Of a stretch of 64,000 nt of DNA, positions 44,101 to 52,801 are shown piece after piece (position 1 is the stretch's first letter; every line of letters starts with the position of its first letter). The notes beneath the pieces are model-generated. The model was not told the origin of the DNA, did no database searches, and saw nothing but the letters and a program-made list of their open reading frames with translations. The DNA lies in IMG/VR virus record IMGVR_UViG_3300008952_000004, positions 96,001 to 160,000 of that record. One strand, 5' to 3'. A program made the position numbers and the translations under genes. This DNA comes from a virus.

Positions 44101-44784
44101 TTGAAATTTGCAACAAAAAAAACAAAAGAAAAAAAAGAGAAGAAAGAAGAAGTTGTTGAAGAAAGCGACTCTTCTAACCTGCTTGAGTCTATCTTAATTG
44201 CGGCGCAGGATGAGAAGCCCAAACCTCAGTTGATTAACCTATATGGTGAAATAGATGAAGAGAAAATTGGTGATGTGACTTTTGCACTTCGTGTTATTAG
44301 TGGTCTTAATGTTCACGGTAGAGCAGTGCATGAGTCTTCTGGGAAAGATAGTGAATTTGAATCTACCCCGATTGAATTAATCGTTTCGAGCCACGGCGGC
44401 TCTGCCGCAGATATGTTTTCGCTATATGATACCATAAGGTTTTGCAAAGAACACGACCGGACAGAAATTGCGACTACGGGCTTAGGTAAGGTTATGTCTG
44501 CTGGAGTACTTCTGCTAGCTGCTGGTACTAAGGGCAGGCGCCGCATTGGAGAGAACTGTCGTGTTATGCTGCACGGTGTTGCATCCGGTCACGTTGGTCA
44601 AATCCACAATTTAGAAAATGAATTGGATGAAGCCAAATGGACGCAAGATCGTTATGTGAAAGCTCTTGTCCGAGAAACGAATATGACTGCTCGATATATT
44701 AAAAAGCTTTTTGACCGTCGGCAGAATGTTTATCTTACTGCCGAACAAGCCGTTGAGTTAGGCATTGCCGATGTGGTGTTTTAA
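44101..44784 (+). CDS. clpP: ClpP-like protease
   Basis: 'INLYGEID', 'SHGGS', 'GLGKVMSAG', 'R..GENCRVMLH', 'YLTAEQAVELGIAD'; TTG start inferred. Confidence 0.92.
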   Translation: MKFATKKTKEKKEKKEEVVEESDSSNLLESILIAAQDEKPKPQLINLYGEIDEEKIGDVTFALRVISGLNVHGRAVHESSGKDSEFESTPIELIVSSHGGSAADMFSLYDTIRFCKEHDRTEIATTGLGKVMSAGVLLLAAGTKGRRRIGENCRVMLHGVASGHVGQIHNLENELDEAKWTQDRYVKALVRETNMTARYIKKLFDRRQNVYLTAEQAVELGIADVVF

Positions 44785-44796
44785 TCGCAGAAATAA

Positions 44797-44803
44797 CTAA
44801 TTA
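44797..44803 (+). promoter_or_regulatory. Putative late promoter box CTAATTA
   Basis: 23 nt upstream of ATG 44827. Confidence 0.55.
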
Positions 44804-44826
44804 CATTTGATCAAGAGGGTTAACTT

Positions 44827-46281
44827 ATGACGAAAAAGATTAGTGTGTTCCGCGAGCACGATGCGAAATATTTTAAAGATTATCTTGCTGGTATCATTCG
44901 AGAAGTGATTCGCGAACAGGAGCCGGACACTGCGTCCATTGAGCAGATTGCGTCCGACGCTACAGCAGCAGTTGGAAAAGCAGTTGAAGACTTGCAGATG
45001 GGCGAGTTCGACGAATCAGCCGTTGATATTAGCGGCAATAATGTTACAATTAGCGTGCCAACCAATAAAGGCAGGGCTGAACTGGCTGAGTATATTAAAG
45101 CAGCCCTTGAGAAACATGCGTCTGGGGCGCCCGTGACCCCTTTAAAAGGCTCCAGCGGCTTTCCGATTGGGTATCGGATTAAAGGCGGAGTGTCCGTACA
45201 AATGAAGCCCCAGAAAGGAGCAGGCGTGCGCAACAAAGGCGACGTCGCGGAGGGCATCTTGGGCGCCGCAGTCGCCGCTAGTTTTCTTAGCGGAGATCAG
45301 CAGGTTTCAGCAGCGGAGGCTGAGGCACTGCTGGAAGAACTGGCAACACAGCCGGATACCAACGACAGCGAACGACAGACCTCAAAGGCTCTAACTAAAA
45401 GAGTGGAGCGCGATGACGGTACCGTTGATGAGATTACTTTAGATATCCGATTGGGGAAAGTAAACTTTGACGATTTGATGGACCCGAGAAAGCGCGGTGA
45501 GTTAGTCTCACTTTTTAAATCTTCGGCAGCATATGCCAACTCTGGCGAGGTATTAGAAGCTTCGCAAGCAATCGCAGTTGATAATAACTCAAGCAAGATC
45601 ACTGTTCTATCGGATGGCGTCGGCGACCAAAAGGGCACGAAGGTCGATGTTCGTATTTTTATGGACGGTAAGGAAATTCCCATAGGTAAAATCTCTTTGA
45701 AAGCTGGTTCAACAAAACAGTTGGGGCAGATTGGAAAAACTTGGGAAGCCATGGCAGGCGACAAGGGTATGTTTAATGTGATGTTTGGTGTCCAACCCGA
45801 TCCGTCGCTGGAAGAAGAGTGGGTCAAGGTTTCTACCGACCCAGCATTAAGAAATACAGAAAACATCAAGACAGTGGCATACAAAATATATGAAGACGCC
45901 GCCAAAAAAATAAAATCATATCTGGCTGGGGACGACCCCGAGCAAGAGTTAGAGTTTTTTGAAACCCTAGCGCGAGGCGTTCGGTATCAGGCTGTTTTAG
46001 AAGAGCAGGGTGTTAGGCTCATTCAGCTATCAAAAGGTACATTTAAAGTTTTAGATTTTGATAAATTGGAAGAAGTGTTAACAAATATTGATTTAGATGT
46101 TAGACTACAGAAAGAAAGTTCTAAGGGGGCAATATCTCCGAAGATTATTATTTTTGATAAAACGTCGGGCGGAAGTCTCGTCTCGATGCGAGTTAAGGTT
46201 GAAGGCGGCGGCAAGACGATACGACATTATATTGAAAAGGAAGACGGCTTGGTTGAGTTAATCAACGTCGCAAAAAAATAA
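44827..46281 (+). CDS. Putative PD-(D/E)xK-fold nuclease-like protein with leader
   Basis: Leader 'YLAGIIREVIREQE'; 'NKGDVAEGIL', 'TKVDV', 'ISLKAG'. Confidence 0.45.
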   Translation: MTKKISVFREHDAKYFKDYLAGIIREVIREQEPDTASIEQIASDATAAVGKAVEDLQMGEFDESAVDISGNNVTISVPTNKGRAELAEYIKAALEKHASGAPVTPLKGSSGFPIGYRIKGGVSVQMKPQKGAGVRNKGDVAEGILGAAVAASFLSGDQQVSAAEAEALLEELATQPDTNDSERQTSKALTKRVERDDGTVDEITLDIRLGKVNFDDLMDPRKRGELVSLFKSSAAYANSGEVLEASQAIAVDNNSSKITVLSDGVGDQKGTKVDVRIFMDGKEIPIGKISLKAGSTKQLGQIGKTWEAMAGDKGMFNVMFGVQPDPSLEEEWVKVSTDPALRNTENIKTVAYKIYEDAAKKIKSYLAGDDPEQELEFFETLARGVRYQAVLEEQGVRLIQLSKGTFKVLDFDKLEEVLTNIDLDVRLQKESSKGAISPKIIIFDKTSGGSLVSMRVKVEGGGKTIRHYIEKEDGLVELINVAKK

Positions 46282-46292
46282 AAGAGGTTCAA

Positions 46293-47879
46293 TTGAGTAA
46301 GGTTTATAGTTCGAATAAAGTTCTTCAAGAGAAGATTTTAAAAGGTATTAATAAGTTGGCAGACAACGTTGCCAGCACCCTTGGTCCCAAGGGAAGAAAC
46401 GTTATCCTTCATCAGAAGGGCAAGCGACCAATCATCACAAAGGATGGTGTGACTGTAGCGGAGTTTGTGGATTTGAAGGATCCGGTTGAAAATGCTACTG
46501 CACAAATTTTAAAGCAAGCCTCGGCACAAACAAACTCGGTTGCGGGCGATGGCACCACAACAGCTACAGTTTTGGCACGTGCAATATATACTGAAGCTTA
46601 TAAATATTTGTCTTCTGATACCAGCCCAGTTGAATTAAAGAGGGGAATCGACAAAGCAGTTGAAGAGTTAGTTTTGAAACTAAAAGAAATTTCCATTCCA
46701 ATCTCTAGTGTCGAGGATATTGAAAATATTGCTCGAATTTCTGCCAATGGAGATACAGCTATTGGAAAAATGATTGCCACGGCAGTTGATCAAGTTGGTA
46801 AAAATGGCGCAATCACTGTAGAGGAGGCTCGCTCCCTAGATTCTAGCTTGGAGGTTGAAGAGGGTTTTCGATTCGACGGTGGCTTCTTTTCAACTCAGTT
46901 TATGACTGACGAGCGACGTGGTGTGGGTTCTTATAACGATGCACTAGTACTTGTCACTGATCAAAAACTGTCAACGGTTGATGAGCTAATGCCGGCACTA
47001 GAGCTAACTGCTCGCGAGTCGCGCCCTTTGATTATTGTTGCAGAAGAGGTTGAAGGGCAAGCATTGGCGGCATTAATCATGAATGCAGTGCGTGGCACTT
47101 TAAAAGTGATGGCTGTTAAAGCTCCAAGATACGGCGAAGAGCGAAGAAACATTTTAAAAGATTTGGCTCTGTCAATTGGTGCTTCGTTCGTGAGCAGAGA
47201 ATCTGGAAAAAAGCTTCGTGATGCACAATTAAATGATTTAGGTCAGGTGAAAACTGTGGAGGCTTCAAAATATAATACAACTTTTGTTGGCGGTAGCGGC
47301 GAAAGAGCCAAGATAGAAGAAAAAATTGAGTTGCTAAAAGAAGAAATTAAACAAACAGAAAATATTCATGAATGTGAACGTCTTCAAGAGCGTGTCACAA
47401 GGTTGGCAAGCGGAGTAGCCGTGATTAGAGTTGGCGCTGCAACAGAGGTGGAGATGATTGAGAAAAAGCACAGGGTCGAGGATGCTCTAGAGGCTGTACG
47501 AGCCGCCCGAATGGATGGTATTGTACCGGGTGGCGGCTGCGCGCTACTAGCAGCGCGAGAGTTGGCGCAGATCACAATTGAACACCCAGAACAAGCCCAC
47601 GGAGCCCAAGCAGTGCTTGAGGCGGTGTCTGCTCCTATATGTCAAATGGCAGAAAATGCAGGTTTGTCACCAGATTTGACATTGGCTAGGGTTATGGAAA
47701 TACAAAAAAAGAACTCCTCAGCCACGATTGGCTTCAACTTTCGTACTGGAAAGATGGAAAGCCTTCAGGAATCTGGAATCATTGATCCTGTGCTCGTGAC
47801 CATATCTGCGCTTCAAAACGCTGCTTCGGTTGCTTCAACTCTTTTAACCACAAATTATGCAATCATAGAAGAGGAATGA
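46293..47879 (+). CDS. groEL: Chaperonin GroEL/Cpn60
   Basis: 'TLGPKGRNV', 'ITKDGVTVA', 'AGDGTTTATVLA', 'KAPRYGE.R', 'G.VPGGG', 'GIIDP'; TTG start; no GGM tail. Confidence 0.97.
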   Translation: MSKVYSSNKVLQEKILKGINKLADNVASTLGPKGRNVILHQKGKRPIITKDGVTVAEFVDLKDPVENATAQILKQASAQTNSVAGDGTTTATVLARAIYTEAYKYLSSDTSPVELKRGIDKAVEELVLKLKEISIPISSVEDIENIARISANGDTAIGKMIATAVDQVGKNGAITVEEARSLDSSLEVEEGFRFDGGFFSTQFMTDERRGVGSYNDALVLVTDQKLSTVDELMPALELTARESRPLIIVAEEVEGQALAALIMNAVRGTLKVMAVKAPRYGEERRNILKDLALSIGASFVSRESGKKLRDAQLNDLGQVKTVEASKYNTTFVGGSGERAKIEEKIELLKEEIKQTENIHECERLQERVTRLASGVAVIRVGAATEVEMIEKKHRVEDALEAVRAARMDGIVPGGGCALLAARELAQITIEHPEQAHGAQAVLEAVSAPICQMAENAGLSPDLTLARVMEIQKKNSSATIGFNFRTGKMESLQESGIIDPVLVTISALQNAASVASTLLTTNYAIIEEE

Positions 47880-47891
47880 TATCACCTCTCA

Positions 47892-47898
47892 CTATTTA
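47892..47898 (+). promoter_or_regulatory. Putative late promoter box CTATTTA
   Basis: 34 nt upstream of ATG 47933. Confidence 0.55.
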
Positions 47899-47932
47899 GT
47901 ATGTCTTACATAACGCAAGGGGTGTACGCTAT

Positions 47933-48268
47933 ATGTCTGATGAAAAAACGCCAAATATAAAAAAGAAACTTGATCCGACGATCACCGCTCATATACTGGA
48001 TCTTACTAATAAAATTGATCTACTCATAGAGTCACACAAAACTCTAGTCATGTCGGTTGAAAAAATAAATGATGCAATTTACCATCCAGATAAGGGAATT
48101 TATTCTAGAATTCGAGAGCTTGAACGAGAAGTGATCAAAGAAGGCGATGTACGTATTTCAAAACTGGAAGAAACGGTCGAAGGTATCAAAAAGCTTCAAT
48201 GGATGGTGATCGGCTCCGGCGTGGCTGCTGTTGTCAGTGTGCTTATCCGAACATTCGTGATACCTTAA
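47933..48268 (+). CDS. Coiled-coil protein with C-terminal TM helix (XhlA-like holin candidate)
   Basis: Heptad coiled coil followed by 'WMVIGSGVAAVVSVLI'; late box upstream. Confidence 0.45.
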   Translation: MSDEKTPNIKKKLDPTITAHILDLTNKIDLLIESHKTLVMSVEKINDAIYHPDKGIYSRIRELEREVIKEGDVRISKLEETVEGIKKLQWMVIGSGVAAVVSVLIRTFVIP

Positions 48269-48296
48269 CTTTTTTTAATTATTTTTCATTTTTTCC

Positions 48297-48325
48297 TTGA
48301 CAAAGTGAACAAATGCTGTTATTCT
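48297..48325 (+). promoter_or_regulatory. sigma70-type promoter
   Basis: TTGACA-N17-TATTCT with extended -10 TG. Confidence 0.75.
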
Positions 48326-48358
48326 ACATGTGTTCTTGAGAGATAAGGAAGAAAATTA

Positions 48359-49009
48359 ATGGGTTATTATTACAATCGTCGCTATTCCGCCCCTGAGAAA
48401 GTTGAGAATGAAACTATCACACCTCGCCTCAAGGCACTCCTTGAGAATACCACTGTCCCTGCGAATACCATTTCTTTTTTGCAGTCCTTGTTAGAGGCTA
48501 ATGAGAAATATAAGGGTTTAACCGTCAATCAATACGGCGCCTTGGAAAAGGTTGAGGCTAGATTCTCTGCTGAAGCTGTGGCTAAACGATTGGCTTGGTC
48601 TGATCAATACGGTCCTGAGCAGAAGAAGATAGCTAAAATTTGCGCGGCGTATTACTTGGCTAACCCTCCATACTTCAGGGACATAGCCCAAAAGATTATA
48701 GCCGATCCTCAATTCGTTCCCACCGAACGACAGTATCGTTCATTGTGTGAAAATAAATATGCCAAAAAAGTTTTAAGCGCTTCGTTGTCGGAGCCTAAGT
48801 TTGTTGTGGGTTCCATGGTTTCAGGTCGTGCGACTGCTCACCCCAGTCTCCAGAATAAACTGCTAGTAGTGATTGAAGCTGACGCTAAGCCGGTTGAACG
48901 CGCAGCGAAAGGTTCCAAGATCTATCGTGTTCTTCCTGTCGGTAGTGCCCAGGTACTCTTTTGTGAAGAGCGAAATCTTAAAAAGGCTAAGGGAATTAAA
49001 CAGGTATAA
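48359..49009 (+). CDS. Hypothetical protein (helical N-terminus, SH3-like C-terminus)
   Basis: First gene after the sigma70 promoter; 'PKFVVGSMV' SH3-like start. Confidence 0.6.
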   Translation: MGYYYNRRYSAPEKVENETITPRLKALLENTTVPANTISFLQSLLEANEKYKGLTVNQYGALEKVEARFSAEAVAKRLAWSDQYGPEQKKIAKICAAYYLANPPYFRDIAQKIIADPQFVPTERQYRSLCENKYAKKVLSASLSEPKFVVGSMVSGRATAHPSLQNKLLVVIEADAKPVERAAKGSKIYRVLPVGSAQVLFCEERNLKKAKGIKQV

Positions 49010-49011
49010 AG

Positions 49012-49323
49012 TTGTCTGATAAAAGAGTAAATATTACTTATGCGGTAGATTTAGATGAAGTGCCATCTAGGGTGGCTCATCTTTTAAGAGAGGCTCTAGA
49101 ACAATTTGAAAATGTGTGCAATGATATACACAATGCTACCAATCGTTTAGATTCGGGTCAATCTACTGTGAAGACCTGTCGTTCTATAGACGAAGTTCGC
49201 CAGCGCCTAATGAAACTGGACGTTCGACTAGAGGATTGCCAAGCACTATTAGCAGGTTACCAAAAGACCGTATCAGAATTGAGTCAGCCATTGGTGGTTG
49301 AAAAATTAGAAGAAGAGGAGTAA
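49012..49323 (+). CDS. Hypothetical coiled-coil protein
   Basis: TTG start; heptad pattern. Confidence 0.55.
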   Translation: MSDKRVNITYAVDLDEVPSRVAHLLREALEQFENVCNDIHNATNRLDSGQSTVKTCRSIDEVRQRLMKLDVRLEDCQALLAGYQKTVSELSQPLVVEKLEEEE

Positions 49324-49351
49324 CAGTTAATCAACACTGTAGATAAAGAAA

Positions 49352-49591
49352 ATGATTAATAACCATTCTAAAGGAGATCTCGTTTGCTTACCAGCGGGTG
49401 TCAGACTATTGCAGTTTCACCCATTGAAAACGAGTCCACACTCCAGTGTAAAAAAATATAAAGATGTGAAAAAGCCAACTAACGTTTTACTTATTAATAG
49501 AGGCTCATTATATAATGAGGTCATTTATCAGGGCGAGCGCTGGCACGTAGAACGTCATGACGTTTACCCGAAGAGGTTAAAAAATGAATAG
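49352..49591 (+). CDS. Hypothetical SH3-like protein
   Basis: 'KGDLVCLP...W.VER.DVYP'. Confidence 0.5.
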   Translation: MINNHSKGDLVCLPAGVRLLQFHPLKTSPHSSVKKYKDVKKPTNVLLINRGSLYNEVIYQGERWHVERHDVYPKRLKNE

Positions 49592-49916
49592 TATTAAATT
49601 GGTGGAAGTAGTTCCACAGAGAAATTTAACTAACGAGGGGACGTCTGAGAGACGTCAGGCATATACCTTGAGAGAAGTGTTTGTAAACCCAGAGCATGTG
49701 GTCTGTATGCGCCCAGACGAATCGATGAGACAAAAACTTGCCGATAGTATGCTACCAGATGATATGGATTCTAGGCAGGAATTCACAAAGATTTACATTA
49801 ATCGAGGTCAGACCGGCTTAGATATAACAGTCGTTGGCTCGCCCGCGATGGTTGAAAAGAAGATCCGTGAAAAACAAAATAAAATAAGAAAACAACTGTT
49901 AAGGGGGAACACATAG
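49584..49916 (+). CDS. Hypothetical protein
   Basis: Overlap-coupled ORF; 'EVFVNPEHVV'. Confidence 0.6.
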   Translation: MNSIKLVEVVPQRNLTNEGTSERRQAYTLREVFVNPEHVVCMRPDESMRQKLADSMLPDDMDSRQEFTKIYINRGQTGLDITVVGSPAMVEKKIREKQNKIRKQLLRGNT

Positions 49917-49920
49917 TAAA

Positions 49921-50238
49921 ATGTATTATCAAGTTTTTGGAAAACGTCGTTGCAAATTTTGTACAAAGGCAGCGAAATTGCTAGAGTCAAAAAAGATTGA
50001 ATATGTTATAACCTATTTTGACAAGGCACCCAATGTTCTTAAAGATTTAAAAGATAATTTGGAATGGGAAACAGTACCGATGGTCCTTGAGGTTAGTGGA
50101 CCACGATCAACTTTTTTGGGTGGATATACAGAATTGGAGGAGTATCTAAATGGCACGAAAACAGAAGAAAAAACAGGTCGCGGCGAAGGTGTCGACGTCG
50201 ATGCAGCCCATACCGTGCAAGCTGAGGGAACTAACTGA
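49921..50238 (+). CDS. grx: Glutaredoxin
   Basis: 'CKFC', 'TVPMV', 'FLGGYTEL'. Confidence 0.9.
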   Translation: MYYQVFGKRRCKFCTKAAKLLESKKIEYVITYFDKAPNVLKDLKDNLEWETVPMVLEVSGPRSTFLGGYTELEEYLNGTKTEEKTGRGEGVDVDAAHTVQAEGTN

Positions 50239-50608
50239 GTATGGCAAAGTATTGCCAACGTGGAATCCCGACAAGAAGCGCAAAGGCAGATACACTTCCA
50301 GTTGCTATGGAAAAATTGGCAAAAAGAACTATTGTATTATAGTGGTTGTTGACGGAGACTTCGAGCGCTGGGTCAACGAAGGTCACAGTGATGAAGAAAT
50401 TCTTTTGGGGTGTATTAACTTTTTAAACACTCCACCTCCTAGAAAAAAATATGCTAAAAAAACACCCCAGCCGTTGTACGGCGACCTAGCCCTTATAAAG
50501 CACCAGCGGAAAGAAGATTCAGAACATGGGCTTTATTATGTGGCTGTGCTCAAGACGAATCAGAAGAAAAATAAAAACTTTTGGGGAGTTGGGTACGAAA
50601 CAAAGTGA
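50150..50608 (+). CDS. Hypothetical basic protein
   Basis: GGAGGAG RBS inside the glutaredoxin gene; 89-nt overlap. Confidence 0.6.
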   Translation: MARKQKKKQVAAKVSTSMQPIPCKLRELTEYGKVLPTWNPDKKRKGRYTSSCYGKIGKKNYCIIVVVDGDFERWVNEGHSDEEILLGCINFLNTPPPRKKYAKKTPQPLYGDLALIKHQRKEDSEHGLYYVAVLKTNQKKNKNFWGVGYETK

Positions 50609-50958
50609 ATCAGGTAAACAAAGGACTTTTATTTGAAAAAGAGAGGGTTTTAAATCTTCTTAGGGATAACTCACGCCGAAAGACGCTAGTCAAGTGCCAC
50701 ATAGGTGAACAAGCATCAATATGGAACGACATCGATGCCGTTTTGCAAACTTTGTGTGAATTATATATTTCGATCTGTGCACTAGATAAAATTCTTAAAA
50801 AGGTAATCGAAAATAATCAGACGGAAGAGTATAATGGTAAGGAGAACTATGTAGTATCAGAGCAAGAGGGCATGATAATGCAGAGTCTCTTGATTCCAGC
50901 GATATTAGATCTTAAACTTCAGACAGAGGCTTATGGTTTAAGCCTTGCAATCAACTAA
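50605..50958 (+). CDS. Hypothetical protein
   Basis: GTGA coupling with the upstream stop. Confidence 0.5.
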   Translation: MNQVNKGLLFEKERVLNLLRDNSRRKTLVKCHIGEQASIWNDIDAVLQTLCELYISICALDKILKKVIENNQTEEYNGKENYVVSEQEGMIMQSLLIPAILDLKLQTEAYGLSLAIN

Positions 50959-50972
50959 CGGGGTTAAATATA

Positions 50973-51191
50973 ATGAAAGATGATTATCAACCAAAATACT
51001 CTGTTGGGTATAGCTATAGAATCGGTAATGTATTATACATAATTGAGAAAATTAAAGATGGGATGTATTATGAAAGAAGCTCGAATTTTATTGGCTATAG
51101 TTGTGTTCGTTGTGATGTGTTTGATTCCAATCACGGTTCTAGCGTAGCAGTATCTAGGGGCATCGGGCTACCATCCCATCCGGAGGCTTAA
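50973..51191 (+). CDS. Hypothetical SH3-like protein
   Basis: 'PKYSVG' start; TAATG coupling to the next gene. Confidence 0.45.
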   Translation: MKDDYQPKYSVGYSYRIGNVLYIIEKIKDGMYYERSSNFIGYSCVRCDVFDSNHGSSVAVSRGIGLPSHPEA

Positions 51192-52108
51192 TGGTGGATC
51201 CACACCAGAGGTTTAAGTCTTACAGAGGTACGAAATGCTGGCAGGCTCATATCTCAGAGATTAATCGCGAAGATGATCTAAGGATCGCAAATCTTACGGA
51301 AGAAAACGTGGCAAAATTACGAATTAGCGATTTTGAATTTTCCTATGTTCCAAGTAATCAGAAGAACCTGTGCAGAGAAATTAAAGAGTTCATTGAGCGG
51401 CACGAGTGGCTTGCAAAACTTCCGAATCGACCAACACATAGATTCACAGTGAGGTTAAAAAAGAGTGGGGTTCTGGCAGGTACTATTATTATGGCTACAC
51501 CCAATGCATTTTCAAACTTATTGGGAAAAGAAAATCGGGACAAAGAAAAATTAATTTCCCGAGGTGCCTGTATTTCTTGGGGTCCAAAAAACCTTGGTTC
51601 TTGGCTGATCATGCAGTCCATTAGATGGATGGTTCAAAACACCAACTTTCGCTACTTTACAGCATATTCCGATCCGGAGGCTAAAGAGCTTGGTACCATA
51701 TACCAAGCATGTAATTTTCATTATCTAGGGCAGACAAGCGGAACAACTTTTCAATACTTAGACCCAGATCACCCTGAGAAGGGTTGGTTTAGTGATAGGG
51801 AATTTCGCAAGAAATCAAAATATTATCGTTATGCCGCAGCTATTGGAATCGATAAAGAAACTTGGAAAAGTTGTATGAAAAAATATTCTCCAAACTGGGA
51901 TGTTATTCCTCCGAATGTAAAAGTTAAAATTAAAGCAGAGGAGGCAAAATATAGAGACAGTTGTATAAAACGCTCTGTACCCGCTAAACACAAATATTGC
52001 TATATTCTGGGTAAGGGAAAGAAAGAAACCAAAACCTTGCTTGAGAATTTCGCTAAAAATAGTCCAGGTAAACAAAACTTATCTTACCCGAAAAACAGGG
52101 GGAGTTAG
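51191..52108 (+). CDS. mom: Mom-family (GNAT-fold) DNA adenine modification enzyme candidate
   Basis: 'IKEFIERHEWL', 'LISRGAC...PKNLGSWLI', 'TAYSDPE...GTIYQACNFHYLG' pattern typical of Mu Mom-like proteins. Confidence 0.65.
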   Translation: MVDPHQRFKSYRGTKCWQAHISEINREDDLRIANLTEENVAKLRISDFEFSYVPSNQKNLCREIKEFIERHEWLAKLPNRPTHRFTVRLKKSGVLAGTIIMATPNAFSNLLGKENRDKEKLISRGACISWGPKNLGSWLIMQSIRWMVQNTNFRYFTAYSDPEAKELGTIYQACNFHYLGQTSGTTFQYLDPDHPEKGWFSDREFRKKSKYYRYAAAIGIDKETWKSCMKKYSPNWDVIPPNVKVKIKAEEAKYRDSCIKRSVPAKHKYCYILGKGKKETKTLLENFAKNSPGKQNLSYPKNRGS

Positions 52109-52142
52109 TAAGTTACTATTGGTACTTTTTATAAAAAAAAAC

Positions 52143-52170
52143 TTGACATTCCGCGCCAGATGCTTATAAT
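52143..52170 (+). promoter_or_regulatory. Consensus sigma70 promoter
   Basis: TTGACA-N16-TATAAT upstream of hsp20. Confidence 0.85.
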
Positions 52171-52241
52171 ATAGATAAGCCATCAACACCGCTATTAGGG
52201 TGTAATGGCTTTTGTAACTTGCTTTAAAAGGAGAAAACAAA

Positions 52242-52694
52242 ATGACAAATGCAGCACTTACAACCTATTTCAATAGACGACCGAGCCTTGTTGGCGAGAA
52301 TGTCTTTAATGAGTTTTTTAACGGAATGTTTCAAGACATTCCAACTTTGGTCAAGCAGACCACACAGGGATACCCCGTCACTGATATCTATGAGGACGAG
52401 ACTGGTAACACAGTCTTAGAATTCGCCTTAGCTGGCTTTCAAAAGGAGAATGTGCATGTCACAGTAAATCCAGAGAAAAATAGAATTGACGTCAGTTCTG
52501 ATAGTCATGGTGATGAGGACAGTTCAGCGCTGAAAACTCGTAGGATTGCTCGGAGAGCTTTTCATAAGACGTTTGTAAATTATAATAATAATTTGGATTT
52601 AGCAAAGGTATCTGCGTCGTTCGAGAATGGGTTGTTGCGCGTTACAGTGCCGGTACGCCCGGAAGCTGAACCGTTAGTTGTTAAAATTAAATAA
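52242..52694 (+). CDS. Small heat shock protein Hsp20/IbpA-like
   Basis: 'YPVTDI', 'LEFALAGF.KE', 'IARRAF...F', 'ASFENGLLRVTVP'. Confidence 0.93.
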   Translation: MTNAALTTYFNRRPSLVGENVFNEFFNGMFQDIPTLVKQTTQGYPVTDIYEDETGNTVLEFALAGFQKENVHVTVNPEKNRIDVSSDSHGDEDSSALKTRRIARRAFHKTFVNYNNNLDLAKVSASFENGLLRVTVPVRPEAEPLVVKIK

Positions 52695-52720
52695 AATTAT
52701 TACAACTTTTATATTATAAT

Positions 52721-52750
52721 AAAGGGGGACGGAATCCGTCCCCCTTTTGT
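52721..52750 (+). terminator. Terminator hairpin (possibly bidirectional)
   Basis: AAAGGGGGACGG-AAT-CCGTCCCCCTTT. Confidence 0.85.
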
Positions 52751-52770
52751 GTTTTTACCTTTCGAAAGAA

Positions 52771-52777
52771 CTAATTA
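52771..52777 (+). promoter_or_regulatory. Putative late promoter box CTAATTA heading the cargo cassette
   Basis: Immediately after the terminator, about 25 nt before the 52802/52805 start. Confidence 0.6.
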
Positions 52778-52801
52778 TTAAAGTTAGTAACAGGAGCCCA
52801 C

